From Candidatus Latescibacterota bacterium (GTDB lineage Bacteria > Latescibacterota > UBA2968 > GCA-2709665), in contig CBDDDZ010000003.1 in assembly GCA_965226795.1 (NCBI GenBank), forward strand, positions 192,001 to 256,000: DNA of 64,000 nt. Direction: 5' to 3'. The notes under the pieces were generated by a model, which saw nothing but the letters and a program-made list of their open reading frames with translations, ran no database searches and was not told where the DNA came from. Shown here one piece after another: positions 12,501 through 22,115 of the stretch. A program made the position numbers and the translations under genes. Numbering within the stretch: the stretch's first letter is position 1; every line of letters begins with the position of its first letter.

Positions 12501-12695
12501 GGCGAGAGAAGTCAGCGCAAGGACATAACGCTGAATTCGTATATCATTTCTGCAACATCGTACGACGATCTCCAAAAAAGATATGACGACGGCAACTGGG
12601 ATCGGAACCGGTTTGCCGACGCACATATTCTATTTCTGGAAAGAAACGAGCAATACGACTACATAAGGAGAATAGTCGAAAACCAATTGATGTAA
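9577..12695 (+). pseudogene. res: type III restriction endonuclease (Res) interrupted by a 1-nt frameshift at ~10442 (real or assembly error)
   Basis: FWMATGSGKT and VDEGH in the first frame; [23 protein letters not shown] starts at 10443 in the frame of ORF 10626 with no stop between; QLFGRGVRLRG and FYPDFILW..VFVEPHG further on. Confidence 0.88.
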
Positions 12696-12708
12696 ATTCG
12701 AAAAACCC

Positions 12709-12771
12709 ACGCGGCCAGATGATTGAATGTGCCCGGTCTGTCCGAGCCCTTCAACTACCTGGCCGCGTTTT
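12709..12771. terminator. long imperfect hairpin between convergent res and YIP1 genes
   Basis: ACGCGGCCAG...TTGAA...TTCAA...CTGGCCGCGT with an A run before and a T run after. Confidence 0.5.
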
Positions 12772-12931
12772 GCATATATGAATTCAAGGGCGTCCTGCGG
12801 GACCTCCCCCGTACCGTGTTCGATTTTTCGAGGTTTGCGCGACAGGAGTCGACCATGGACCGGATCAGTCACCTTCCAGCGATGTCTCTAACGGAGCCGC
12901 GCTCTAAGCCCTTCTTATCCGTACCCTGCCA

Positions 12932-13652
12932 TCACATGGTGGCAGCGGCCCGCGCGCCGGCGGCGGCCAGCACATAGAGAATCCAGAGTCCGAAAATACC
13001 TATCCCCGCAAGCTTTGTCCGAATACCCGTAACGGCCGCCAGACCCGACCGTAATCAACAGGTACTTCCAGACGGCGAAGACGGTGATCATGGACAGGAA
13101 GTAGTATATGTAACTCCCTTTCATGGATCCAGGCGCAAGCAGACCCAGGCCGACCTGCACCGTTGCCGAATCCCAGGCCATGGCAAGCGGCACCGTAACA
13201 ATGGCGGCGGGAATGGCCACGAGTGAGCTGTAGCTCACAACGGCCAGCATTTTCTTGTAAGTACCGTCGCCACCGAACACGAAATTGGCAAGTGCGAGAA
13301 AAATCGCCCCCTGGACAAAGATCGTCGCGGCCGTACCGATGGACGGGAGGACAACGGCGCCTAAGCCCATCACCCTTTGCGCACTTTCCAGGGCCATCAC
13401 CCGCTGTTCTTCCGTAAGGGATTCATCTTTCGCGAGCTGCTCCTGTACGGCCTGCATCCCGGCCGTCTTTGCGGTGGGCATCAATATGTACGCGGAGAAC
13501 ATGCCGACGATTACGATAATAATCATGGGGAGATACCAGTCCCGGTGTTCGACATGCGCATTGACCGCGGCGAATGTCCGCCCGGGCGAAAACAGGGCGC
13601 CGACCATGCGCCCGCCTAACCCCGTCTTCTGAGCGTCTGTGGATTCGTCCAT
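12932..13652 (-). CDS. YIP1-family membrane protein with an apparent extra base at ~13045
   Basis: GALFSPGRTF and FGGDGTYKKMLAVVSYSSL motifs; removing one G from GTCGGGTCTG restores a hydrophobic last helix (VGLAAVTGIRTKLAGIGIFGLWILYVLAAAG); GGAG RBS before ATG 13652. Confidence 0.78.
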
Positions 13653-13890
13653 TATGATCTCCTCCAATTGTGTACCTCGTGAATAAGGGTTTGTCCTGTC
13701 GGCTGGCAACGTATAAATCCCGCCCAATATAACCTCCGTTGCGTATATTTCAACCCGCATACTGCGACCCGATACACGTCGACCGGACCGTTTACGGGTC
13801 TCGAAATAACAGAAATTGCAGTGAAATGCGTAACTCCAGGACGCGGCTTGATATTCGACTATTTCTTTCGAATTGAAAGGGGTGCAGAGG

Positions 13891-16869
13891 ATGTCAAATG
13901 GAAAAAAGCAGAGCCGGTTCGTCACCGCGGCGATGCGGTCGAACGCGCTTGCAAATGCGGCGACGCACGAATGGGCGCGGGAACAGAAGGAACGCGCTGT
14001 TGCGGCTGCAGAAGAGTGGGTGGGCCGTACGGACGATGCGTTGTGGGAAATGGTCACCGCACAGGAGTTGCCGCGGACAGTCTACACCAACGAAGGCGTG
14101 ACATACAAGGGCCAGAAGCCCTACTGTCCCGGCTGCGGGGAGGAGGCGCCTGCGAAATCGGGGCGCGAATGGTGGGAATTCGACGACGCCAGGCCGTGGA
14201 AGATCTGGTGCGAACACTGCAAGGAGGTCTATCCGAAAAACGACTTCGGGGCCTTCTACAGGACGGCCCTGGACGCGCAGGGGATGTTCCGGCGCGAGTT
14301 GGGGGACCGGTCGCTGCTCTTCAATGCCGATCATCCCGATTCTGCGGATCCGTTGCACAAACTCTATGTAGAAGACGGATATGGCATGTTCGACGACCAG
14401 GGAAACAGGCACGACATTATCGCATACTACAATTTCGAGGCGGTGTGGCGCCGGATCCAGCGAGGCGTTGCCGCGCTGGCGGATGCCTATGCCCTCACGG
14501 ACGACAGGCGCTACGCCCACAAGGCGGGCGTGCTGCTGGACCGGATCGCGGACGTCTATCCCGAGATGGACTACCTTCCACTCCACGAACTCGGTTTTCA
14601 GCACAGCCAGGGCGGTTCGGGAAGGGGCCGCATCGAAGGTTGCATCTGGGAGACGTTCGTCGCGCAGGGCCTTGCCCGGAGCTACGATATCGTCTTCGAC
14701 GGACTCCAGGGCGACGACGATCTGGTGGCTTTCTGCTCGGAACATGCCAAACAATACGACTTGGGGGACAAGAACAGCACCGCCGCGATCTGCGGGCATA
14801 TTCACGATCACCTGTTGCTGGAAGCGCTCAAGTCGGTGAAGGACGGCCGGATCAGCGGCAACACGGGCATGAACCACTCCTCCCTTGCAACCGCGGCGAT
14901 TGCATTGGACGACCCGGAATTGACGCCGGAGTGGCTGGACTGGCTGTTCCATCCCGGGTTTCCCGGAGACCACTCGGCACAAAAAGATCCGGTGCCGTGG
15001 GTGTTGACCGAGGGGCTCGACCGGGACGGCATGGGCGGAGAATGCGGCGGTTACGGTCTCATCTGGACCCGCCATATGCGGGAACTCGTACAGATTCTGT
15101 CGCACTATCCCGAATATACCAGACACAATCTGGTTGCGGATTACCCGAAGCTCAAACAGGCTTATCTCGTTGAATCCCGGATAAACGTGCTGGACGGGAT
15201 GATGCCCAACACGGGAGACAGCGGCGCCGTGGGCGCGTGGGGCCGGCAAGGCGCGGCCGAGACCTATATCCTGGCGTACAGACTGTACGGAGACCCGCGT
15301 TTCGCGGCCCTGGCGTGGCACGAGCATGCGGCTCACGGGTCCTCCCTGCGCCTCGAAGACGACATTTACCGTAAGGATCCGGACGCGTTGACCCGTGAAA
15401 TACGAAAGATCGGACAGAAGGGTCCGGCCAGCCTGGAAAGCGAACACTTCGGTCGGTACGGACAGGCGCACCTCCAGACCGGAAATCGGGAGAATGGCCG
15501 CGCCGTGTTTATCCACTACGGACAGGGCAAGGGACATTCGCACCACGATTCTCTAAACCTCGGGTTGCTGGCGAACGACGTGGCCATGATCCCGGACCTG
15601 GGCTATCCCGAATATACCGGATCCTGGCCGAAGCGACATGCATGGACGGCCAACACGATCAGCCACAATACGCTGCTGGTGAACGATACCAGGTCGGCAT
15701 ACAGTCCCGGCGGGCAGATCGAGTTCTTCGCCGTGGAACCCCCGCTGCGCGCAATACAGGTGGATGCGCCTGACGCGTATAGGGGCCTGCAAACCTACCG
15801 GCGCACCGTTGCCCTCGTTGACGTGGACGAAAGCAACAGCTACGTTCTCGATGTATTCCGCGCGCGGGGCGGGAGGAACCACCGTCTTTCCTGGCACGCG
15901 GCGGCGGAAACGGCGCAGGTTGCCGGCATTGAACTCGTCCGGCAGGAAGGCGGCACGTTTGCGGGAACGGATGTTCCGTTTGCGAAATTGGAGGGCGAGA
16001 ACGCTGAATTCTACAAGGAGAGCGGTTTCACCTACCTGTACGACGTGACGCGCTCCGCCGGGCCGGCGCAGCAGCCTTACACCGTCGACTGGAAGATCGC
16101 AGATATCCGCGGCCGAATTCCGGAAGGCCGCGAACCCCACCTTCGTCTGCACGCGCTCACGCCCTGTGACGAAGCTGCTCTGGCCACGGGGGATTCGCCC
16201 CGGAGGCTGCAGCGGCCCAGGTATCTCATCCAAAGCAGGCTGGGAGAGGATATGCAGAGCCAGTTTGTCAACGTGCTTGAACCCTGCGATACCAATCCGT
16301 TCATCGTTCGGGTACGCGAACTGGAGATGAGACACGAAGGGGATGCGGGCGCGGCAGCCGCCGTGGCCGTGGAGATGGCCGGAGGCCGCACGGATATACT
16401 GATCAGTTGCGAGGAAGCGATGGAAGTTACGGTGGAAGGCGGGATCACGTTCAAAGGCACATTCGGAATGATCCGCCTGATCGGGGATGAAGTAAAGCTG
16501 ATGCGGATGGTCGGCGGCACGTTACTCGCCTTCGGTACCGTTGCGCTGACGTCAAACCGCGGCGCCTGGTGCGGGAAGGTCTCGCGGATCGACGCTTCCG
16601 ACCCGGCAAACAATCTGGTCGACCTCGATCCACCCCTGCCACGGAATCGCGACCTCGCCGATCGAACCATCCATTTCATGAACGATTTGCCGATGGACAC
16701 GAGCTACAGGATCGCGGCAGTCACAACCCGGGGCGTCTCAACGGGCGACATTACGATCGTCAGGGGTCTCAGAGAAGGTACCGATCTCGCCAGCGGCTAC
16801 ACCTACCTGGTCAATCCCGGCGACGAATACGTCGTACCGACAATCGCCGGGATGGGAGACAGAATCTGA
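13891..16869 (+). CDS. heparinase II/III-like polysaccharide lyase family protein with N-terminal CxxC...CxxC
   Basis: GHSHHDSLNLGL, DLGYPEY, WTANTISHNTLLVN, YRRTVALV; CPGC...CEHC near the N-terminus; no signal peptide seen. Confidence 0.78.
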   Translation: MSNGKKQSRFVTAAMRSNALANAATHEWAREQKERAVAAAEEWVGRTDDALWEMVTAQELPRTVYTNEGVTYKGQKPYCPGCGEEAPAKSGREWWEFDDARPWKIWCEHCKEVYPKNDFGAFYRTALDAQGMFRRELGDRSLLFNADHPDSADPLHKLYVEDGYGMFDDQGNRHDIIAYYNFEAVWRRIQRGVAALADAYALTDDRRYAHKAGVLLDRIADVYPEMDYLPLHELGFQHSQGGSGRGRIEGCIWETFVAQGLARSYDIVFDGLQGDDDLVAFCSEHAKQYDLGDKNSTAAICGHIHDHLLLEALKSVKDGRISGNTGMNHSSLATAAIALDDPELTPEWLDWLFHPGFPGDHSAQKDPVPWVLTEGLDRDGMGGECGGYGLIWTRHMRELVQILSHYPEYTRHNLVADYPKLKQAYLVESRINVLDGMMPNTGDSGAVGAWGRQGAAETYILAYRLYGDPRFAALAWHEHAAHGSSLRLEDDIYRKDPDALTREIRKIGQKGPASLESEHFGRYGQAHLQTGNRENGRAVFIHYGQGKGHSHHDSLNLGLLANDVAMIPDLGYPEYTGSWPKRHAWTANTISHNTLLVNDTRSAYSPGGQIEFFAVEPPLRAIQVDAPDAYRGLQTYRRTVALVDVDESNSYVLDVFRARGGRNHRLSWHAAAETAQVAGIELVRQEGGTFAGTDVPFAKLEGENAEFYKESGFTYLYDVTRSAGPAQQPYTVDWKIADIRGRIPEGREPHLRLHALTPCDEAALATGDSPRRLQRPRYLIQSRLGEDMQSQFVNVLEPCDTNPFIVRVRELEMRHEGDAGAAAAVAVEMAGGRTDILISCEEAMEVTVEGGITFKGTFGMIRLIGDEVKLMRMVGGTLLAFGTVALTSNRGAWCGKVSRIDASDPANNLVDLDPPLPRNRDLADRTIHFMNDLPMDTSYRIAAVTTRGVSTGDITIVRGLREGTDLASGYTYLVNPGDEYVVPTIAGMGDRI

Positions 16870-17005
16870 AAACAACTCACACGAAGACTTCAACGGGCAA
16901 GACGTGAGACGGTAGACGCAAGAGGTCCACCTCGCCACCCGGCAGGCAGCAATCAGCCATCAGCGGTTGGCGATACTGACCCGTGATGTCCGCGGGCCAC
17001 TACGT

Positions 17006-17030
17006 GGGCAACCACAAGAGTTGCCCCTAC
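17006..17030 (-). repeat. GTAG-tagged REP-like palindrome
   Basis: Reverse complement GTAGGGGCAACTCTTGTGGTTGCCC. Confidence 0.78.
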
Positions 17031-17180
17031 GACCTCAAACACGGCGCTGAAGGGCGTCTGCGAGGCATCGCATGAGCCGTTGATCCGCACTTTTGTCGAC
17101 AGGTGCATTTCTCGCGTTCATTCACGCAATATTCCCGTTACGCGCCCGGAGGTGGAGAGGGGCTTTTCCGCGTACCCATC

Positions 17181-18173
17181 CTAAGCCGAATACGCCAGTT
17201 CCATTCCGTCTTCAACGTCCGCGGTAATGCGCAGAACGCCGGGGCGGACTACGGAAGCGGGCATGGGTTGATTGTCGACGCGAACCCGGGGATACCGGCA
17301 CCAGGCCGCGGGCACGTCCACGTCCATCGTCAGCGCGCGACACGTAACCCGGTCGGACAACCCGTCAAGGTTCAGACGGTAGCGCTTTTCGTCGGAAGTA
17401 TCGTCGAGGGTTGCGACCGTGGTGTGGCGTCGGGTGAGGTGGTAATAGATGGCTTCTTCGGGAACGGCACACCACACGTCTTCCCCGCCTTCGCTGAGAA
17501 CCGTTTCAAAACGGCGCCGTAGCTGGTCTGCGGTGCAGTCCTTGTTTCGATGAACCACCTCATCCAGCGGGCAGTGGCAGTAGTCGATTATCCATCCGCT
17601 GGCCGCCTGTGCATGGCGTATGTTCCTGTACGGATCGAATTCGCTGTAGAAGGGTTCGTAGAACTGGTCGTGAAGGGCCGTGCGGTTCAGCCAGAAGAGT
17701 TCGTCGCCAGGCCGGTTGAGCGCGTCCGTCAGGCTCATCGCGCCGAGATAGCCGTACTCCCGGCAGGCATCCAGGACATGGTCCGCCATATTCGTGTTAT
17801 TGCCGGGCGAGCAGTAGAGGTCCACCGGACCGTCAATAGCCTCTTCCAGCACCTCCCTGGCCTCCCGCAACTCCCGGTCCAGCATGTCCGGCTGTATCAC
17901 TTCGTGGCTCCACGAATGGTTCCCCACACCCCAGCCGCGGTCGACCATCTCCTTCATTTCCCCCCCGGTCATGTGCCGGAAGCCGTTGTAACTGGAGTTG
18001 CCGAGACGCCGTATTTCGCCGATGTGGCCGGCCACCGCTTCCATATGTCCCGGTATATTGAACGCCTCATGAATCGGCACGGCGCGTTCGTGCAATTCGA
18101 TCAGCGCTTCGTCGTACGTGATGGAATAGACCCATTTCTTGCCATGTTTCCAGTCACAAATTCTGAGGGCCAT
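17181..18173 (-). CDS. polysaccharide deacetylase (NodB-like) family protein
   Basis: SITYDE motif, GWGVGNHSWSH metal-binding motif. Confidence 0.75.
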   Translation of the reverse strand: MALRICDWKHGKKWVYSITYDEALIELHERAVPIHEAFNIPGHMEAVAGHIGEIRRLGNSSYNGFRHMTGGEMKEMVDRGWGVGNHSWSHEVIQPDMLDRELREAREVLEEAIDGPVDLYCSPGNNTNMADHVLDACREYGYLGAMSLTDALNRPGDELFWLNRTALHDQFYEPFYSEFDPYRNIRHAQAASGWIIDYCHCPLDEVVHRNKDCTADQLRRRFETVLSEGGEDVWCAVPEEAIYYHLTRRHTTVATLDDTSDEKRYRLNLDGLSDRVTCRALTMDVDVPAAWCRYPRVRVDNQPMPASVVRPGVLRITADVEDGMELAYSA

Positions 18174-18209
18174 TGATTTTCCTTTCTTTGACGCTTCGTC
18201 GGATGACTT

Positions 18210-18986
18210 TCAGGCCTTTTGACCGGTCCCCGCCGCTTCCATGAACGCCTCGAACGTGGTGCTGTACCCGATTTTCCACTCGAAAATGTGGATTCCGTAG
18301 CGCGTGGCCAGGCGTTCGTCAAACGTATCCGGACGTTCCACGCCTACCGTGCCGTCGCGCATCAGTATACAGCGGTACCCGCGGGAGAGCATCGCCTGAC
18401 CGCCGCCTTCGGAGCCCAGAACGCACATATCGGCGGCAAATCCGGTATAGATGAGGGTGTCGATGTTGTTGGCCTTCAGATACGCGTCCAGGGTGTCGGT
18501 GTAAAAAACCATGGGCTCATCGCCGACGGGAGACACGATTTCCGCCCGGCGCATTTTTGCGAGTGGGGACTTTTTCAAATAATCGGGACCGTGGGCGCGG
18601 TCCAGCATTTCCTTCTGGCGGCCGGTGGGCTTCCAGACGTTTGTTCTATCCCGTCTGGACGGTATGTGCGGGTATTGTTCGTCCATCCAGTCGGCCTCCA
18701 CGTGTACCACGGGGAGACCGATCGCCCGTGCCGCGTCCATGGCCGGCCGCATCACCTCGCACATGATGCGGTATCCTTCAGCCGTGGCCTCGGGCCAGCC
18801 CAGGTCCACGCAGTAGTTCATGTTCAGGGGTGGGCCATCGGGACAGCCGATATTCCAGCAGTGCATGCCGATGAGTGCCGTATGCCGGATGGGGAGTTCG
18901 AACGTGACCGATTCGTACCCGGGACTGTCGATGGGCAGGGCACGGTAATAGCGTGCATCGAGAAGGACGGTTTCGGAGTCGGACAT
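18210..18986 (-). CDS. isochorismatase-like cysteine hydrolase
   Basis: TALIGMHCW, LKANNIDTLIYTGFAADMCVL, GYRCILMRD. Confidence 0.78.
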   Translation of the reverse strand: MSDSETVLLDARYYRALPIDSPGYESVTFELPIRHTALIGMHCWNIGCPDGPPLNMNYCVDLGWPEATAEGYRIMCEVMRPAMDAARAIGLPVVHVEADWMDEQYPHIPSRRDRTNVWKPTGRQKEMLDRAHGPDYLKKSPLAKMRRAEIVSPVGDEPMVFYTDTLDAYLKANNIDTLIYTGFAADMCVLGSEGGGQAMLSRGYRCILMRDGTVGVERPDTFDERLATRYGIHIFEWKIGYSTTFEAFMEAAGTGQKA

Positions 18987-19055
18987 TGCAAGGGCCTCTC
19001 GGGAGCGACGACGAAACGGGAGGATCGGGCCGGGATGCGCCGCATGTTCCGGATC

Positions 19056-20927
19056 TCAACGCATCGGTCCGCGGCCGTCGATAAGAATGTCTACAGGGTG
19101 GGAAAGCAGGATCAGGTCTTCGATGTCAAACTGCTCGAGCAGTCCGAAACAGAACGGAACGGGCTCTTTCGCGTAGTCGACGCTCCAGTCGATGAGCCGG
19201 CGGAGGGTGTCGGGCAGGTTGGCGCTCAGTGCGTCGACGCCCCGGGGGCGCAAAGCCGCCGCACAAATGGCAATCAGCCCGGTGGAGAGACCCTGGGTGG
19301 TTATGTTCAGGGAATACATGCCGGTTGTCGACTCTATCCAGCGCCGGAGGGCGAGCAACTGGGCCGTGCAGATGCCCAGGGGACGGTCCCCGGCCGCGGA
19401 GATGCATTCCATAAACAGGTAGTGGTAGGCGCCGTCCGCGATGACCTGTTCGCCAAACGCCAACAGGTCGGCCACGAAAACGCGTTTGCCGGACTGGAGG
19501 GCGATGTCTACAGCCCTCGTTGCGCCGGCCCGACCACTTTCCGGGAGGACGAGCAGAACATCGTTCGAACCGTTCAGGCGGAATTCCGTGACGGGAATAT
19601 TCCAGCGGTCCATCTCCAGGAGATGGTGCGAGATTTGTACCCCGGCCAGCGTTTGTGTCTTGCGAACGGCTCGTGATTCCACTGTGTACGCAGACGGCAG
19701 CCGCAACACACCGGCAAGGCGCCTTCGATCCTGTTGTTTTGTATCCGTGGTGGATCGTTTCGCGGGCAGCCGCCCGGCGAGTTCGGCGGCGATCGAGAGG
19801 AATGTGGGGTTGTCCGCCGGAAGCCCCACGTTGAGTTCCCACTCGGAGCGTATTTCGTCGTGGCAGGGGATATCCTCGGTGGAGATGTCGAGGTCCCAGA
19901 CGTTCATGAGGAATTGGTAGAGTTGCTCACGGATGTCTTTCTCGTAGTTGTGAGTGCCCGGATCCTCGTTGGCGTAAAAACCGATGCGGTCGGGCACGCC
20001 GAGCCGTTCGTACACCCGCCGGGCGGGCGCATACAGCGCCGGCCGCATGAATTCGGGGCGGAAGATTCCGTCGTTGACGCTGTGTACGAGCAGCGCCGGC
20101 CGGGGCGCGAACATGGCGGTTAGGGTGTCGTAGTCCGCCACGGTGCAGAGATCGACCGGCGTCTGTTCCAGGTCGCCGTGGTCCTGCCACCGTTTGGTCG
20201 CCCGGTGCCAGATCGGAGAATGACCGGAAACGGGCACAGCGACGCCGATGCGTTCATCCATTGCGGTGAGCACGGCGGTTTGCCATCCGCCGCCCGAGAG
20301 GCCGGTCATGGCCACCCTGTCGGGGTCGGCGTGTTCGTGGGAGAGCAGCACATCCAGACCACGCTTCATGGCCAGATACATGGCGCTCACGCCGGCCACC
20401 CCGCACAGGTCGATGTGGGCCTGTTGCATGTGGTTGGCCGAGCCCTGAAGTTCACCCATGCCAATGAATTCGAAGTTGAGGGCGAGCATCCCGCGTTTGG
20501 CCAGGTTGATGCAGCGGGCCTGCTTGTAGTCCATGGCCTTGCCGCCGCGGTGGTGGCCATTGGGGTTGAGCACGGCGGGAACTTTGCTCTTGAGATTCCC
20601 GGGCTCGTATAACAGGGCGGGGATCCGCATGCCCGGATACCCTTCGTAATGAAGTTTCCGGATGCGGTAGCCGTTGCCCTCGAGGACGCCCAGCCATTGT
20701 ACCTTCGGCGGGTGGTTGTTGACGTCCGGATCGAGGCCTGTCAGGAAGACTTTATCCAGGAGGTCCCGACGAACCCTGGCGGTCAGCTTCTTCCATTGCA
20801 CAGGAGATTCAGGCGTTTCGAGACGCGGCAGTTTTTCCGTATAGTAATCCATCATGATACGGGTATGCCGGTTGCGCAGGAGTTTGCGCGAAAGCGCGTG
20901 TGAGATCTGATTGGACGTGAGAGACAT
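19056..20927 (-). CDS. alpha/beta hydrolase, acetyl xylan esterase-like
   Basis: PAVLNPNGH, nucleophile motif GLSGGG, APRPALL, GTHNY. Confidence 0.8.
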   Translation of the reverse strand: MSLTSNQISHALSRKLLRNRHTRIMMDYYTEKLPRLETPESPVQWKKLTARVRRDLLDKVFLTGLDPDVNNHPPKVQWLGVLEGNGYRIRKLHYEGYPGMRIPALLYEPGNLKSKVPAVLNPNGHHRGGKAMDYKQARCINLAKRGMLALNFEFIGMGELQGSANHMQQAHIDLCGVAGVSAMYLAMKRGLDVLLSHEHADPDRVAMTGLSGGGWQTAVLTAMDERIGVAVPVSGHSPIWHRATKRWQDHGDLEQTPVDLCTVADYDTLTAMFAPRPALLVHSVNDGIFRPEFMRPALYAPARRVYERLGVPDRIGFYANEDPGTHNYEKDIREQLYQFLMNVWDLDISTEDIPCHDEIRSEWELNVGLPADNPTFLSIAAELAGRLPAKRSTTDTKQQDRRRLAGVLRLPSAYTVESRAVRKTQTLAGVQISHHLLEMDRWNIPVTEFRLNGSNDVLLVLPESGRAGATRAVDIALQSGKRVFVADLLAFGEQVIADGAYHYLFMECISAAGDRPLGICTAQLLALRRWIESTTGMYSLNITTQGLSTGLIAICAAALRPRGVDALSANLPDTLRRLIDWSVDYAKEPVPFCFGLLEQFDIEDLILLSHPVDILIDGRGPMR

Positions 20928-20979
20928 GGTGGATGATTCCTGAAAGACCGGGTGGAAGGCGTTGCGGCACGCGCGCCGA

Positions 20980-22035
20980 TCAGTTCAGCGCATAGGTCTC
21001 GTACGGGTTCTGGCAGGGGTTGTTCCGGCTCACGTGCATGCGGCCTGCATCGGTTTCGATGATGACGGAGAACGCCGTGGCCCAATACCCCGTGGTGGGA
21101 TGATCGTTGGGATGGCGGCAGATGGAGGTGGGATGGTTTTCATGATCGCTCAGGGCGGCCTTCATGCTCTCGATCGCAAAGGGACGTTCCATTTCATCGA
21201 AGAGCTTCTGAATTCGGATCTTCCGGCCGCCGGACTGGATGAGTTCGGGGAAGACGTTGTTGTTATGCGTCAGTTCGGGATGCTCGCAGTGGTTGGTATG
21301 GGTTACCAGACCCACGCCGTCGCCCCGGATAACATGCACGTTTTCCAGGGCGACCTCCAGGTCCGCCGGCCCCTGGGGCGTCGCCAGGATAATGTTGGCG
21401 GGGATGGCGCGCCTCGCCCGTCGCACCGCCTGAACGGCATCTTCCAGGGTGCCGGTTTCGTAAATGCCCCGGACCGTGAAGTAGTGCGGCACGCCCACGG
21501 CCCGGCTGGGCGCGGGCAGGGTATTCAGGCATAGCCCGATGCCCTCGCTGTTCAGGCCAATGTAGGCGATGATTCCGGCCTGGGTAATGTTCAGGATGGC
21601 GGGCCTTCCGGTCGGACGGCGAGTGAGGACAATCGTAAAGGGGTTGAGTGCCGTGTCGTTATCCCAGTTCTGACCCACAATGTTGCCCCTTCCGGCCGGC
21701 GCGGTGACTGAAAAGGACGTGCATCCGGCGTCGGCCTTCGCCTGGAGCTGATTTCGGACCTGGAGCATCATGAGATCGTCCAGCGAGACGCCGGAGGATT
21801 CGGCCATTCCCCGCATCTCGTCGAGCATGTGGGGTGCGTATCCCTCCACGTACGGAATGCAGTCCCGGGCGACGGCCATTGCCCTTTCAACGGGGACCGT
21901 AACGCTCTTGTTCACCCGCTCGAGGGCGATATGCGCAAAGCCGCGGAGTTCTTCACGGGCGGCCTCGCCGATCTGCCTTCCCATTTCGATGGGCGAACCG
22001 GCGACTTCGATTTCACGGTAGCGTGCATCTGACAT
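20980..22035 (-). CDS. C45 family Ntn hydrolase/acyltransferase
   Basis: GCTSF autoproteolysis site, GQNWD, GLNSEG, THTNH, SICRH. Confidence 0.85.
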   Translation of the reverse strand: MSDARYREIEVAGSPIEMGRQIGEAAREELRGFAHIALERVNKSVTVPVERAMAVARDCIPYVEGYAPHMLDEMRGMAESSGVSLDDLMMLQVRNQLQAKADAGCTSFSVTAPAGRGNIVGQNWDNDTALNPFTIVLTRRPTGRPAILNITQAGIIAYIGLNSEGIGLCLNTLPAPSRAVGVPHYFTVRGIYETGTLEDAVQAVRRARRAIPANIILATPQGPADLEVALENVHVIRGDGVGLVTHTNHCEHPELTHNNNVFPELIQSGGRKIRIQKLFDEMERPFAIESMKAALSDHENHPTSICRHPNDHPTTGYWATAFSVIIETDAGRMHVSRNNPCQNPYETYALN

Positions 22036-22115
22036 CCGGACCTCCTCGGACCTGGAAGGCGTTCCGATCGTCCCCTTTGGCCTGGAGATGGGCGCCTTTG
22101 TGCGACGGGCAACGC

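Noticed and set aside
4430..12900. Integrative element boundaries around the RM island
   Set aside because: No integrase, tRNA or flanking direct repeats detected by eye.
13894..15546. 550-aa antisense ORF, and similar ones at 18219-19676, 29731-31410, 55484-56740 and 56994-59141
   Set aside because: Shadows of well-supported genes on the opposite strand in GC-rich DNA; no motifs.
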